A DNA stretch of 64,000 nucleotides. Source: Zootoca vivipara (lineage: Eukaryota). The stretch lies in contig NC_083288.1 of assembly GCF_963506605.1 (NCBI RefSeq), positions 38,626,001 through 38,690,000 of the forward strand. The letters run 5' to 3'. The notes below the pieces were generated by a model, which was not told the origin of the DNA, did no database searches, and saw only the letters and a program-made list of their open reading frames with translations. Shown here piece by piece: positions 9,975 through 24,900 of this stretch (its first letter is position 1; each line of letters starts with the position of its first letter). The position numbers and the translations under genes are program-made.

Positions 9975-12900
9975 TCAAAAGTGTGTGCTTTGTACCACGG
10001 ACGCCCCTGAGGTTCCCCCCTCCTTCCCCTCCTCAGCGGGTGGAGGAGGGGCTGACTTGGGTTCCTTTTTCCTCAGCGACAACTTCCTCTCCTTCTTTAG
10101 CTTGGCCTCCTCTTTGGCTCGCTCCCTCTGCTGCTTCTTCTCCCGCTCCTTCTCCTGCTTCTCGCGCTCCTTCTGCAGCTTCCGCTCGCGCTCCTTCTCC
10201 TGCTTCTGCCTCTCCTTTTCCAGCTTCTCCTGCCTCTCGCGCTCCTTCTCTTTCCGCCTCTCCTCCTTGCTACTGCCCCCCGCTTTCCTGGGGGGGCCCC
10301 CAAGTGGCATGTTGTTCCCGGTGGGGGACGGCAAGGCCGCGTGGAGGCCTTCGGACACCACCACCTGGCTCTGGGCGGCAGGAGGAGCCGGGGGAGGGAC
10401 AGCCGACATGGCCAAGGAGCCCACCGAGTGCGCCGGGGAGAAGGAGGGGCCGCCCGTACTGCCAATGGCTACCCTCTGCCTCAGGCCAGTGAGGCTCAAA
10501 AGGCTGGCGCTGGCGCTCAAGGGCGGGTTCATGCGGTGGCTTTCCTCGTGGATGGCCCGAGAGCCATGCAACCGGCGGGAGGGCTTGTACTGCAGCTCTC
10601 CCCGCGTCTCCCGCCATTTCTTCAGCTGCGTGGCGTTCTCCCGCTCCACAAGGGCTTCCGTCACCGGGAGGTTAATCACCTGGGCAAGGGGGGGGGGCGG
10701 ACAAAAGCAAGCACAAGAGGAATAGCCACGTGGCATCTTTCACCAATATCCGCCACACTTCCACCCGTCTCAGCAGCCTCCTCGTATGTGTAACATCTCC
10801 TGGCCCACACAAAACAAAGGCAGTGCCTGGGCAAGGCACAGCTGCAATGGAAACCACATGCCATGTGGAATTGCTGGTTTCTTCCCCCTGTGGTTTCTCT
10901 CTCACTTTCAAATCAGCCTGGGCAAGCAGAGGAAGGCTGCTTAGCCTTTTCCACTGTGGTCCACTTTACGGTATACAATCAACTTCCGCCATGCCACCTT
11001 ATAATCTGCATTTGGGGGAATACCAGGATCCGGGACTTCACCCACGTGCAGGCGAAAAAGGGCCTGGTGGAGGGCGATTAGGTACTGACAAGCATGAAGG
11101 GGAAGGGTTAGGCAGAACCTCCCCGTTTGCCCTTCCCTTCACTCCCAACTCACAGCCTGCCCAGGCAGATTTTGCTTGTATGAAAAAAATAAAATCAAAA
11201 CCATTTTAAAAGTTGAGAGAGAAGCAGCCTCCCCCCTCCCAACACCTGAACTCCATGTAATCTGTCACTGTAAGCATGTGATTAGCAGATTTCTTAAAGC
11301 ACTTTCCACCAAATCTGGAGAGAGTCTACTTTTATGAGCTCATTTAAGCGCCCTTCCTCAATTATCTTACTTTAGGATTTTGAGTGCATTTGTCTCTTCT
11401 GTTCATGTTTATTTGAATAAATATGGACACTGTCCATACTTATTCGGTAGCCTGCTCATGTTCCTTATATGAGGCAGGATATAAGCATAATGGTTCAAAC
11501 CAAGGTACTATGTATTTCATGTCCATGTCATTTTGCTATAAGATAAAAGTTAGGTGAAGAAGTTTGTTTTTTAATGGGAACCTTGAATTTTTCAAACAAG
11601 GCCAACCATGTGTTTCTAGTCCCTAAGGTTAAAAAAAAAAGATTAGGAAGATAGACAAAGTCTGAAAAAGACTTAAAAATCAGGTAGATCATAAGATGTG
11701 AATGATTTTGACCAAGACTGAAATACACTATGGAATGGACAGTCTCTTCTTTAAATTTGATATCCCTTCGATAATTTGCATTCTCCAAAACAGAGGAGGG
11801 CAGATTTCTGGCTTCCGGAATCTACTTTGTGTTTTAGCAGAACCGCTGGAGATCCACCTTCTGGAACTTGGTGTGAAAGGCACACACCTTTAAGACATAT
11901 ACAGGGGCGGAGCTACCTGCCCCGGCACCCGGAGCGGTGCAGGGGCGGGGCTTGCCGCCCGCACAGTGAGCTTCCCTAGCCACCTGCCACCCGCACGATG
12001 AGCGTCGGGGGGGTGGGGGCGCTAGCGGTCTACGGCAGCATCATTCCTATTGGCCCGCCGCCTGTGCAGTGAGCGAGCGAGTGGGGGGTAGCACAGCGAT
12101 GTCACCCGCCCTCACGGCTGACACCTGGTGCTCACCGGTCTCTCCGCACCCCCCTTCCTCCGCCAGTGGAAATATATGTGGTGCCTCTGAGCACAGGGAT
12201 TTCTGAGTACAAGAACTGAGCTGACTTCACAGTTCTTCCACCCCAAAATCCATTTTGGGTTACCTGAAGTGTCTTTCATTTTAACACTTTAATTGAGGTT
12301 CCTTTAACCCCCCCTCCCCACAAAAACCCCCACAAAACCCTGCAATTGGTAGTTATAAATCCTTGCCTATGGAATGGCTGGTCCCTTCTTTAAATCTGAT
12401 ATCCCTTCGATAATTTGCCACCAGAGGAGGGCAGACTTGCAGATCATCTAGAAATCACACAATTGACCCCCATCTGCCTTCTGCCTTCCCCTGCCCTGTG
12501 CATCTTGACTACTTTCCCAACTGGCTTTCTGCCTGACGGATATCATGGTGCAGAATCCTTGGTGCATAATCCAAGGCTCCTTGTTCTCTGCTTAGAACTC
12601 TGCTCTTACGACCTGTTTCTCACCTCCTGGACAAGGAAATTCTCTTGCATGGTATCAACAGGCAGGTTCCTTAGTTTCTCCATCGTCTCGTACATGCCTT
12701 GGCAGGAGCGCAGCTTGTCTATTGAGCCCAGCGTGTTCCGGAGCAGCACTAAGCCCACTCGAAAGATTATCTTCACCCCTGCAAGTGGGAGAGAAGGATC
12801 ACTCAGGGGTTGGGGTGTGGGGGGAGGAAGGAGCTTGACACACCGTATGACAGGCATCCCCAAACTCGGCTCTCCAGATGTTTTGGGACTACAATTCCCA

Positions 12901-15900
12901 TAATCCCTGACCACTGGTCCTGTTAGCTAGGGATTTTGGGAGTTGTAGTCCCAAAACATCTGGAGAGCCGAGTTTGGGGGTGCCTGTCGTATGAGGCCAG
13001 GAATCCCATCATCCTCTGCGAGATGGCGATAAGCGTTTTAAAAAAGGAGACTCCACAAGTGGAATTTGTAACAACCAAGTAAGCAAGGGCTCAGGAGCCA
13101 CCCTTCTGATTCAATTCAGTGATGGAAAGGCAGTTCAAAAGAAAAGCCAAAGGAGAGGATCCAATTTATAGCAGAAAGTGCCGTTGTTCTTGTATCTTTC
13201 CCTCCTGACTGGGTCGGCATAAGGGGGCGGGGGATGCAGACACTACATAATCAAGACACCCAAGGCCAGGCAGAGAGAAAGCAAGTGGGGACCAAGGAAT
13301 GAGCCTCACCTTCACAGAAGAACATGTCCCAGACGCGAAGTACAGAGCACCAGGGCAAGGTCCGAGAGAAGATGCACATGAACCACTCCGTCATGTACAA
13401 GATGGGGTCGACCTTGTACCTTTTCAGGTGGCGGTAGGCAATGGGAGACGCTCGCCGCAGCAGGGCAAAGAAGATCTCCCCGTCCAGCTGAATCGCCTCC
13501 TGCGCAGGAAGCACAAGAAACCTCTGGGATGAGAGGAGCACTGGGAGGAAGAGGAATCACCAACCCTAATTTCCCCTCCCCACTACTTTCTCCTTTCTCC
13601 TTTTCATGGTATCCTGCTCTACCAGCCCAAAGGAGGGCTTGTGGGAGTGCTTGGGTGCAGGAATACCAAGGTGGATAAAAATCACTGAAAATAATGGTTT
13701 TTTTAAAAAAAAATTTAAATTGGATTTTAAAAATAAAATGCTTTTAGTGGAAAAATTTTCTAAGGAATAGTTTTCTATTTACATTACATTATAGTCCAAA
13801 GGCTATTCATCAGGAAATAAGGATTTGTTTTTAAGTTTTTCATGTGTGCTAAAACTCAGTCTAAGGTGTGTTTTCTTTTTTTAAAAAAACTGTTTAACCA
13901 CATCAGTTAACAAACACGGATACGTATGCTAATGTTATTGTTTTAGTTTAAAAAAATGTTACATTATTATTAAGGATATTATTGTTTTTCTCCTTCCAAT
14001 AAAGTACAGCAGAAAAGTTGTCCAAATATAAACAGTTAACTTATTAAACCTCAACGTATTTCTAATAGTATAACCAAATCAGTAATTTTTGATTAACTGT
14101 AAAAACCACTCTGAAAATTTATTATTCCAAAAATGAAACCTTCATCTGGTTGTAAATATTAAGATCATACCAGCAAGAATGAGTCTGGAAACCTTAAAGA
14201 GAAACCAGCAGACCCTTTGCTTGGAAATTAAACAAAGGGTCTGCTGGTTTCTCTTTAAGGTTTCAAGACTCAAAAGAGAGCAGAGCAATTAAAGGCACAG
14301 AAGTCCTGTCCTCTATTGAGTCTGGCAACCTTATGCACAGCTTAAGGCTGCATGGAGCTAGAAGAATTGCCATATTTTTAATGGATAAAGGTTCTGTGAC
14401 TAATGACTGTATATAAGGCAGAAATAAAGCTTCCCCCAGCATGAAACGAACATAGGAAGTGCCTTTAAGTGAGCCCATCCAGCTTAGTACTGTCTACAGT
14501 AGGTTGCCAAGATTCAAGCAGGGGTTCCTCGCAGCCCCACCTGCAATTGTACCTGGGACCTTCTGCTAGCAAAGAAGGTGTTCTACCACCAAGCCAGGGC
14601 CCTTCACCTGTTGATTTTTGCCTGCTTGGCAGCTGTTTAAAGGCACAGTCTCTGTCCATATTAAACAGGGATGGGGAATCTGTGGCCCCCCAGATATTGC
14701 TGGAGATCCAACTCCCATCAGCACCAGTCAACATGGCCAGCGGTCAGGAGAGATGGGAGATGTAGCCCAACAACAAGCTAGAGCGCCAGGGGTTAGTCAC
14801 CCCTGCTCTAGTGGGATGGGGTAACGAAAGACTCAAGACATACAATTAGCCACTGATTCCTCTTTAGCTCTGTTGTTCATATGAAAGGTTGGCTTGATTT
14901 AATTCACTTTTAACACTCTTTCACCCTGATGTTTTTTCCACTGTGGGCCCACTTTTAAGCAGTCACCTGGTTTAAAGAAATGTGTCGATTAATTGCACAC
15001 ATTGTAAAAAAGCAACTATCCCTGCGTATATATGCAGCTGAATAAAATTTTTAAAAATAGTTCCGAAGGGGAAAGGGTATCTTTCCTTTATTTTGAGAGG
15101 ATGCACACACATCACGACAGGCAAGATCACAAAGACGTATTTCCACCACAGAAGGGAGCGCCTCTTCTAAAACGGCACTCGCTGCCCAGTTATAATTATA
15201 ATTCAGCCCATTATAATGGGCTGGGAAAAGAAGAAGTCGGCAACTTGAGCCCAAGGCGAGCTCACTCTCCGGACCAGTCATCCATGGTGGCAGGGGGTGG
15301 GAGGGCAAGTTCCATGTTTGACTGGAGGGAGGATGAAGGGAGAAGTGAAACAGGTTGGAAAACAAACCCTTAAAAAGCTAGTCCGATAAACTGGCCCTGA
15401 GAGAGAAATGAAAGTGAGGAAATAGCAGGCAGGTGTATAATTATGTGTGTTCCTGCTGCTGCTGCATGTTACCAGACTACAAGCCTCCCGTCCTTTCCCA
15501 GGAGGCCTCCATCCTCCAGCAAGTCTCATTCCTCTCCAGAAAAGTAGAGCACAGGAAGATACTGGGTGGTCCTTGCAGGACACTGCTAAGCATAGGTACC
15601 CCAGTGATGTAGTAGTGGGGGGAAATGTCTATTCATTAGAGTGTTTTTTTTAAAGAGTGCAGAAGACATTTCCTTGTAAAGAAGTCCTGTGGAAATGCCC
15701 TGGGCCTACTGCCCTTCCTCACAGGACCACAGCCGTACTCACCAGTCCAGCGCTGTAATAGCCAGGGAGGTATTTCTCACAGATTTGCACCAGGCACCAG
15801 AAAGCTTGCTGATGAGACAGAGAAACAGAAACTCTCAACACTGATAATCTGGGCAGTCATACCCTCCTGGCTAAGGCAGTCCTTCCACTAGTTCACTGCC

Positions 15901-18900
15901 CAATTGCATGCAATAAACCCCTACTAGTGCATTCAGGAAGGACAGCCCAGAGAGTTACCTCCTCTGTTCTGGCTGCCATATTTCCTTTGCAATACTGTGC
16001 AGGTGGCACACAAGCAACCAACGCCCAAAAAGAAGAACAAAGGAATCTGCATTATATTGGATCAGACCATTGGTCTATCTAGCAGAGCATTATCTACGCT
16101 GACTGGCAGTGGCTCTTCATGGCTGCAGGAAAGGAATATTTCCCAGGCCTGCCTTGAGGTGTCAAGGATTGAACCTGGGACCTTCTGCATGCAAAGCAGG
16201 TGCTCTGCTGAGCTACAGCCCTTGACTTCTACTGGAGATGAATGAACATGGCACTACCGATAAAGTGCCTTATAAATTCTGCTGAAATACCATGGCTATA
16301 TTTCTACGTTGGGCAATGTTTGCAGGTAAGGGTGTTGAAAACTGGCCTGAGACTAAGTAACAGGGCAGAAAAGTGCCAAGTTGCCAGAGGGGGTGGTTTG
16401 AGGAAAGAGTGCCCAACAGACTCTTACCTCCTGGTAGACATGCCTTGAGGGCCTGTGTGCAGTCATAAAGATTGCTGCAAGACTGGCATTTGAGTTTGGA
16501 GGCTCTGAGACATCCGTTTGGTTTGGTGGTTAGAGTGCTGGACAAGGACCTGGGAGACAGGGTTCAAATCCCCACTCAGCCGAGTGACCTCAGCCTGCCA
16601 GTCATCAGCACTCAGCCTAGCCTTTACTTGTTGTAAAGATAAAATGAGAAGCAAGGGGGGGGGCTGCCCATCAGCTTGAGCTCCTTGGGGAAAAGAAGGG
16701 ATTTGAATGTAATAATCAATTTAAAAAACAAACCCACTGCACATGCTCAGTGTCATATAGAAAAAAGGCTGCAGCTGAGAATAGCATGCTAGGCTAGACA
16801 AGCCTCTCGTCTGACCCAGCAGGGCGCTTCTTAGGTGTCTCTGAAAGCATGAAGCAAGGTGCCGGCTCCCCCTGTCCACTGCCTCAGCAGCACAAAGAAC
16901 AGTTTCTAGTAGAGAAGGAACCGCTGGGTAGGCCTGGTATAAAAGACCCTCTCACTACCAACACCAAGGCCCCAAGAGTTTTGGAGTCAGGATGCTCTCC
17001 ACCCTCCCACTTTTCCTGCTGAAGATTCTTCCCAGCATATACAAACTTTGGCTCCTCCCAAACCTCATCCACCACATCCCATCCTTTTCTTTTTCAGAGA
17101 ACCCACATTCTCAAGGTGTCCGCTGCGCCCCCCCCCCCCCCGCCACACAATGTCATGAAGGAGCTACTCACCTCTGCAGGCATATGCATCAGCAAAACCG
17201 CGGCCACGGGTGCCTGTGCCTGGCAGTAGCCTTCTTCTGGCCGGTAGATGGTGTAGGCCTTCAGAATGCGGTAGAGGTCCTGCTGCCTGCGATGGAAGAG
17301 AAGGGTGAGGACCAGGGATCCAGAACCCCTCTCCTAGCCTTGAAGGGGCATCCGATTCAAAACGGGACCCAGCAGGCTCAGGGAAGGGTTGGAAGGTGTG
17401 ACGTGGGTCCTTGGCCTCTAGGCCAGGCATCCCCAAACTGCGGCCCTCCAGATGTTTTGGCCTACAACTCCCATGATCCCTAGCTAACAGGACCAGTGGT
17501 TGGGAAGATGGGAATTGTAGTCCAAAACATCTGGAGGGCCGAAGTTTGGGGATGCCTGCTCTAGGCAGCGCCATGTCTAACCCAAGACTAGGCTGCAAAT
17601 AAGGGCTGGGCCTCCAATGGAGGATCAAGGTTTCCAAAGCACAGGCTGTAATGCTCCTGGAACAGGCAAAAGAGAGGTGGGAGTCATGAGCGTCTGACTA
17701 CCAATAGGCTGTGCTACTTCGGGTGGGAGATGGAAGGGATGCAGGAGAAGGAAGAATGCTGGAACATGATTGAGTGCTGACAGTCTTTCCCAACCTGGTG
17801 GACTACAACTCTCATCATCCGCACCCAGCACAGGGAGCTGGAGGGGAAGGGATGAAGCAACACCTCTAAGGCTCCTTAGAGGGCGAATTGTTCAAGTACA
17901 CGGGGAGGAAGTGCAATCGTAAGAGTCTGAGGCGCACAAGAGAAGCATGGAGACCTCCCAACCCTAGATGGCACTCCTTTTGGCCACTGTAGCAAAACCA
18001 TTCCCCGCCACCCGTCTTCCATTCTCTCACCCGTGGCCTCCACGAGCTGCAAACATCTCATGGAAAGGGAATTGCCTATGTAGGTCTTTTTCAATCACAT
18101 CTGTCCATTTGGGATCTCCAGGCTGGCGTTCTAGTTCCTAAGAAAAAAGCAGACAAGAAACAAAATGAAATAAAAAGGAGATGGGAAAAGGCTGAAAACT
18201 TGTTCTCTCTTCTTTTCCCAACAGAGATCCTGACGTCCGTCCGTCCGTCCGTCCGTCCCCCCCCCCCAATATCAGCATAGCAGCCAAGACAAGGTACTTG
18301 GAAATACCTCAAATTTCCCTGGATTTTGATCCAGAAGCTCCTTGCTGTTTGAGAGAAGTTGCCACGCTTTGGCACGGAGAGAAGAGGGGATCCCCTTCCG
18401 GCAGCGCAATTTCACCTGCAAATGAGATGGAGGAGTTAAAAAATTCAGTAAGAAAGGAAAGCTCAGATCCCAGTTGGATTCTTTCCCTCTACACTGTTGG
18501 GAAGGTGGTACTCAGAAGCTTACCTTTTGGAATCTGCGTGACAGCCATTTGTCCCAGTGGGAAAACATGTCCAGCCATTTGAGTTCCCTCTGCCTGGCCA
18601 CGTCCACTGGGATGGCGCTTTCACTGCAGGGAAAGAAGAAGACGGAAGGATAAGGAAGCAGATACTGAGCTAAGGAGAAAAAGGTTATCAGTTCTACTCA
18701 GTGCCAAGTGAGTTTCATACATGCTTATTATGCAAGAAGTACACAACATTCATGGAAAGAGCTAAAGGGCTATGCAATATACTGGTACCCTCAGCCTCTT
18801 GGCCAGCTTCTGAGCTTTCAAAAGGACACAACTACAAATTCCTTCTTTGAAAAATGCAGATTATGCCGCTGCACTGGGGAGGTGGGACCACTGGGATGGC

Positions 18901-21900
18901 ACCAAACTCCCCCGGCCCAGTGTCCTTCTCTTGCTCCCCAGCTTCATGGTCCCTGCGAGTCCTCCTCTTCCAGACCCTTCTAGGAAAAGGGATTGGCAGG
19001 ACAAGCCCTCCAGGCAGGTAACAAACACTTTCTGAGCCAGCCACCCGCTACTTGCTACCCTGAAAATACCATCTTTGTAATTTCTACTCAACACATGGGA
19101 AAAGCCTAAACTGAGCTTTCCTTCCGTCAAACTCATTGCTCTTGGTTTGTGGCCACCAAGGGGATTGTGGGAGGGCATTGAGAAATGGAGCAGTTTCCTC
19201 CTGCGTAACCTGAGAAAATGTTACAGTAGGGTAAGGTTCCAGTCAGAGTGTCTGTGGTTTCCCACTACCCATTCCTGCCTCCAGGCTCACCAACTGTGTA
19301 CATGACTACAAGCACATGCAAGCTTTACAGTGTATTCAGGTTTCTCCGCTCCTCCCCCAGAAAAGAAAACTTCAAAGAGTATCCGGGGATAACTCCTATA
19401 AGCATGAATGAAAGTAAGAAGCCCTTCAGCTAGTCATAGGGGAACAGGAAATTCAAGCTTGTCCTTTTAAAAAAATAATTCAAAATACAAACACACAAAA
19501 TAAAGAAAGAAAAATGTCAACTCAAGCTTGTCCTTGTATTGGGGAAGCGGGGGGGGGGGGGGGAGAGTGAGGTGCCTAATTTCACTTGCTTCCACCCCTT
19601 AACCCGCATCAGTTTCAGTCAAGAGGCCTTCGGGAAGGCAAACATACAGAAGGATCTGGGCAGGGCTCCCTTTAACAGAACCCCGTAAGAAACAGGAAGT
19701 GTGGTTTGCCAAACAGGAAGTGGTGGGGCTGCTTAATTGAAAAAAGCCAGGGAAGGAGTTTGGTGGGGAAGGAACAGCAGTATTCTCCCACGGCCACACC
19801 CATCAGAGGAAACCAGTGGCTGGTGCTTATGTGGGATCCACTTCTCTGCAAGGCAACCTACAAGCCTCCAGCACTATAAGGCTTTAGGCCACTCATAGAG
19901 AAACCAGGAACCTCCACTCACTTTCTACAGCACTTTGGGGTGGGTGCAGCCCTGGGCTTAGCCAACATCCCTATGACCCATTTCTATCCTGGTCTTCCTT
20001 CCATGGAACTTAGAGCAGCACATGTGGGGTTTATTTGATCTTCACAACAATCTTGTGAGCGACATGTCCAAGGTCACCCAGAGAGCTTTGTGGCTGAGCA
20101 GCAATTTGAACCAGAGCTGCCTACACAACCAGTACTCAAGCCAAAAGTTCTACTTCGCCCCAAAATTCGCTAGAGGAACCTGCATTTCATAGCCTAAGAC
20201 AAATCAAAAGAGATATATTTTAACCAATGTGGATAAGGCAAGGAAGAAAACCAAACACAAAACAACAAATCCTGAATACTGGCTCGGCTTGGCTCCCAAT
20301 ATCTCAAGTTCCAGTTTTTTCTGCTCTAACCCTGTTGGCTGCCAATACCCATACCCGGTAGTTCTGTTTCTATTGACTATTGTTTACTTTGTCAGCCGTT
20401 CTTCCTCAATAACTGGCTTTCCTTACAGGTTCCAGCATCAGCCAAAAGATGACAGAAGGTGGTACAGATGGCTGAGCAGGAACAGCAGCTTATCCACATC
20501 CAATAAGAGAAACTTCAGGCAATTGGTTCCACACCCGCCAAGCAAAGAAAGCAACCCCCAGGCTGCTGCCGCCTACATGCATTCGCCAGCTGAAACAAAA
20601 CAACACCCCACTAATCCTTAACACAGCCATGCCTCGGTACTAACTCTTATTCTGCAGACAAACAAGCTGACTGTCAGCAGACTGCAAAACCACTAGGAAT
20701 TTGCACTTGTCGGAACTATCAACTAAAAAGGGCATTCCACAACTGAAATCAATCCTGCAAATTAGGACTGCCAGCAGAAACTAGTTTTCATATTTAATTT
20801 GCATCTAACTTTTCTTGTGGGGAAAACTGGGAACTGTTTCTTCCAGCCGCATACTTGCATCTTGTAAGAGGACTTTAAAAATGGATCCAACACATTGCTG
20901 GAAATTCCAGCGATTAGACAGCCCCGCCCCCTTGTTCAGAAAGTGAATGCAGTACAGTACTTCCAATTGCTAGAGACAAACGATAGAGAGAAAGCTGTCA
21001 GCACCACCTTGCCCTCTGGGGGTATTTGACCAGCCAGCCATTGAGGTGCTATGTAAAAAAGGATCTGGCCAAAGGCTCCTCTAGTTCAGCGTCCTATTCT
21101 CATAGTGACCAAACAGATGCTTTTGGGAAGTCCAATATTATGTCGAAAACTAGCAGGGGAGAAGAGGGCTGGCATCCGATGAGGTTTTCCTCATCAAACA
21201 TGAGCTCAGCAGGCTTCCTTTCTCTTTAAAAGAAAACTAAAATTCTTAGGTTTCAGAGATGGTTGCCAAATTCTGTGTTAGTGGCTGTAACTACAGGTAT
21301 GTCACTTTCTAAATACACACATACGCAACGTTCCACATGCCATACACACTATTCCACATGCCTGGTGAAACCAGGGCAACCGGGGAGAGGCAATGCTCCC
21401 TCCTCCGCACCCTTTAGTGGCACCTGATTAGGGGCCTAGGTAAGTCTTTGAGCTAAAAGACTTCCCTAGACATCCATCAGTCAGTGGTGCTTGGCATTGC
21501 TACACTCAGGAATCCAGGGAAGTGAGACAAACTGCACCACCGGGCTTAACTGCATGACTGAAGGCCACAGACAACTGCCGCTGCGCAGTTACAGGTCCTG
21601 AAAGGTCAGCTTTTGAACCCACCCAGAATCTCCCAGCTTTTCAGGGCCAGAACAGGCAGCAAGTCTGGGTAGAGTGATACACTGGCATGGAGAGGAAGAG
21701 GGAAAACACCTTCCAATAGATAACGGCTCAAAAGCTCTTCAAAAGCAACAGCATATTGGTCATTCCACGCTGCAAAAAATCACCTGAGCACTAATTCACT
21801 CTCTCTCTTTCCTCACTCCATGTAGATGACAAACTGCTTTCAGAAGAAGCTGCTTGTAACTGAGGACTGGGGGAATGGTACTCTTCAAAATAAGGAAACA

Positions 21901-24900
21901 AAAGCCAAGCACTCTTCCCAGAATATCTCTTCAACAGCCACAGCTGTATACACTTTATTGAGAGCCTGAAGACCACTAAGAGCACACAGGGCAAGTTGAA
22001 GGTGGCCCATCCATCCCTGCATCTCATCTCCAGGGGGAGCAAGGAAGTGGTGTTAGAAACTCAGATATATAAGCTAACCACCAAATGGCATCTTAACCCT
22101 GGGTTGCAGTTGCCACAATGGTATGTCTAGGCACCATTCCCACCCACCCACCCCCAAAGAAGCTTATTATTATTATTATTAATTTCATTTTTATACCACT
22201 TTATATTTTAAAGAGAAAATCTCAAAGTGGTTTATGGTACATTAAAACATCAAATAAAACAATTCCCCATATTTATTTACCTATTTAATTTAAAGTGGCT
22301 GGGGAAACCCAGCCAGATGGGCGGGGTATAAATAATAATAAGTTGTTGTTGCTGTTATTATTATTATTTTATTATTATTATATAGCTGCCCAATAGCAGA
22401 AGTACTCTAAGAAGCCAGTGCAGTGTAGTGGCTAAGAGTGTTGGGCTAGGTCAGGACCTGGAAGATCAGGGTTCAAAACTCAGTTGATCAGGACCTGGAA
22501 GATCAGGGTTCAAAACTCCACTCAGTTATGAAGCTTACTAGGTGACCTAGGGCCAGTCACAGCCTCTTAACCTACCTCACAGGGTTGTTATAGGGATTAA
22601 CTGAGGAGGTGGGTGAATCATGTACTCCTTGGAGAAAAAGGCAAGATATAAATGCAATAAAGAAGCTATTCTGCTTACCTGCTTAAGAAAGGTGGAGGGG
22701 CCAGCCAGATGGAGATGTCAGTCGCCAACCTGGCATCCAGAGATCTCCATGTGGTTGCAATTGGGCCCATGCCAGTCGCAAACATTTCTAACACTGCCAG
22801 AAAGCAACAGGGCAGTAATCAGTCAATTCACCATCTCATTCCCTCCTAGCAGTTAGAAGTCTGACAAGTGAGCAGGTGATTGTTTCCTTTGGTTAGTTAG
22901 CAACTACAGATGTAGAGATCCTATATGAAAATGTCTAACCTTTGACCTGCTCACATCCTGAGACAGTGAATTCCCTTAGCAACTTTGTCTCCCACCACAC
23001 CACAAATGCATGGAATGGCCATTTAGAGGAGATGGCAACTGGAGTAAGAGGCAAACCAAGGATTTGGGGGGGTATAGAGTAAAACACAACTGACACATAA
23101 TAGACGTGATAGTCTGAATTCACACTACTGAGACTAATGTTACAACAACACTTCCCATGTTTGGGACAAAGACTGACTGGCATGCACAAAAGAAAGGTGG
23201 TCAGTCACAATACAAAAGAGCATGTAGCATCCTTCCAGTGAAACCACACATCCAGAGAGATGGTTTGAATTTCAGGCCAATGAGGGCAGCATCCAAGCTG
23301 AAGAGAAAAAACAGAGTTATGGGGGAAAGGGCAGAGATTAAATCCCAGTCATATTTGGGTGGAGAAATGAGTCACTTGGTCTAATTGAAGGATTGTGCTG
23401 AAGAGAAAGGTCTAGGGTTTAGGAAGACAATTAAGGCGGTTCCATAACAGTCATGATCAGCAGTCCCCACCTTACCCCAATTCATACAACAGTTTTACAG
23501 GGCATCAGGAAGCCTCTGAACTCCACACTGTCCTCCTGCCTAGAGGAGAATCAATGTATTTCACCTCTTTGGAAAAAACTCAGGTGCTATTTGTTCCTTT
23601 GCTGTATGCCAAGTACAGAATGATAAAGTAGGTGTAAGGAAAAAAATAATGATTTTTTCTTAAAGAAGAATGAATGCACAATCTGTTCCTAATGTCAACC
23701 AATAAAATGAAAATCTATGTCATATTCCCCAAAAGTCAAAGATTAGAGCCAGCACTCCCCAAACTAGCGAGATACCATTCACAAAGTTTGAATGGTATCT
23801 CCTGTGGGCGATGCCTTAGGTTATAACTATGCTGTCAGGGTACCAATCTGGACAAGGATCCCTCTCATCCCTAGGATTCTCCCCACAATCCAACTTTTCC
23901 AAGATGACAGCTTGCGCCCCCTAGGGGAAGAACATCATATATTATTTTCCCAGCACTCTAGCCAGAGTTGGAATTGTGGTCATCACTGGATATCTTGGTG
24001 AACTTGTTTGTCCTGTATAAAAGACTAACATCTTCCCTCCCTCCCTTCCCCGCAGGCATGGGAAACTCATCATCTTGGTGCCAATACTTACAGTGAACCA
24101 ACATATTGGCTGCCCCCTAGGAAGCCATATTTGTCGGTCCTCCGGTATGCTAATCCATTGATCTCAGAATCTGAACCCATGGAGCTAGCATCATCAAGGA
24201 ATCCAGAGCCGGGCAGTGACTCCATGGTGCCTGACATGAGGCTGACAGAATCCAAGTAGCTCAATGTGTCAGGAGCTGGAGGAGCCCTGGGTGCCGGGGT
24301 TCCGAGACTGGACTGGGAACCCATGTCCTGGGGCAGTTGTGAAGTGGAGAGATCGTGAGGCTCCAAGTCCTCTGGAGTGGTCGGTGAAGTCTTCTCAGGA
24401 GGCGTAACAGGGCTAGGCGCTACCACTACCACTGTGGGCGATTCTGGTGGAACCGGGAGAGATTTTACCATGGTCTCTTTAGGCAAAGCCACAGCTGGCG
24501 ACATCATCCCGACATCATAGGACGACGTCACCGACATTCCATTTACTGTTGCCACGGCTGGCACGGGATCCACAGAATTGGTCGCAAGTACCGTCTCTAC
24601 GGAAAGTTTGTCGCCCATCGGAATCACGTCCGTAGCTACAGCATCCGATGCCACGTGTGCAGGAAAGGCCATGCTCCCGTTATCGTTGGCCACAGCCATG
24701 AGAGACATCTCTACGGTGATCTTGGTTAAAGTTGCTTCTGTAGGAATGCAAGGTGCTGCTGTTGTAGCGCTGGTTGGCAGGTCTGCTTCCACGGCTTCCA
24801 TTGTTACTGCATTGGCTGTTGCCAGGGGCGAAGCTGTCATGTTGTCTGCAGGCACTCCTACAGCCCCAGGAGCTGGGCTCACCTTCTTGAGGGCATGGAG

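Noticed and set aside
9527-10793. Long + strand ORFs (321, 302 and 150 aa)
   Set aside because: They are antisense shadows of the GC-rich, low-complexity last exon of TBC1D10B and contain no recognisable domain.
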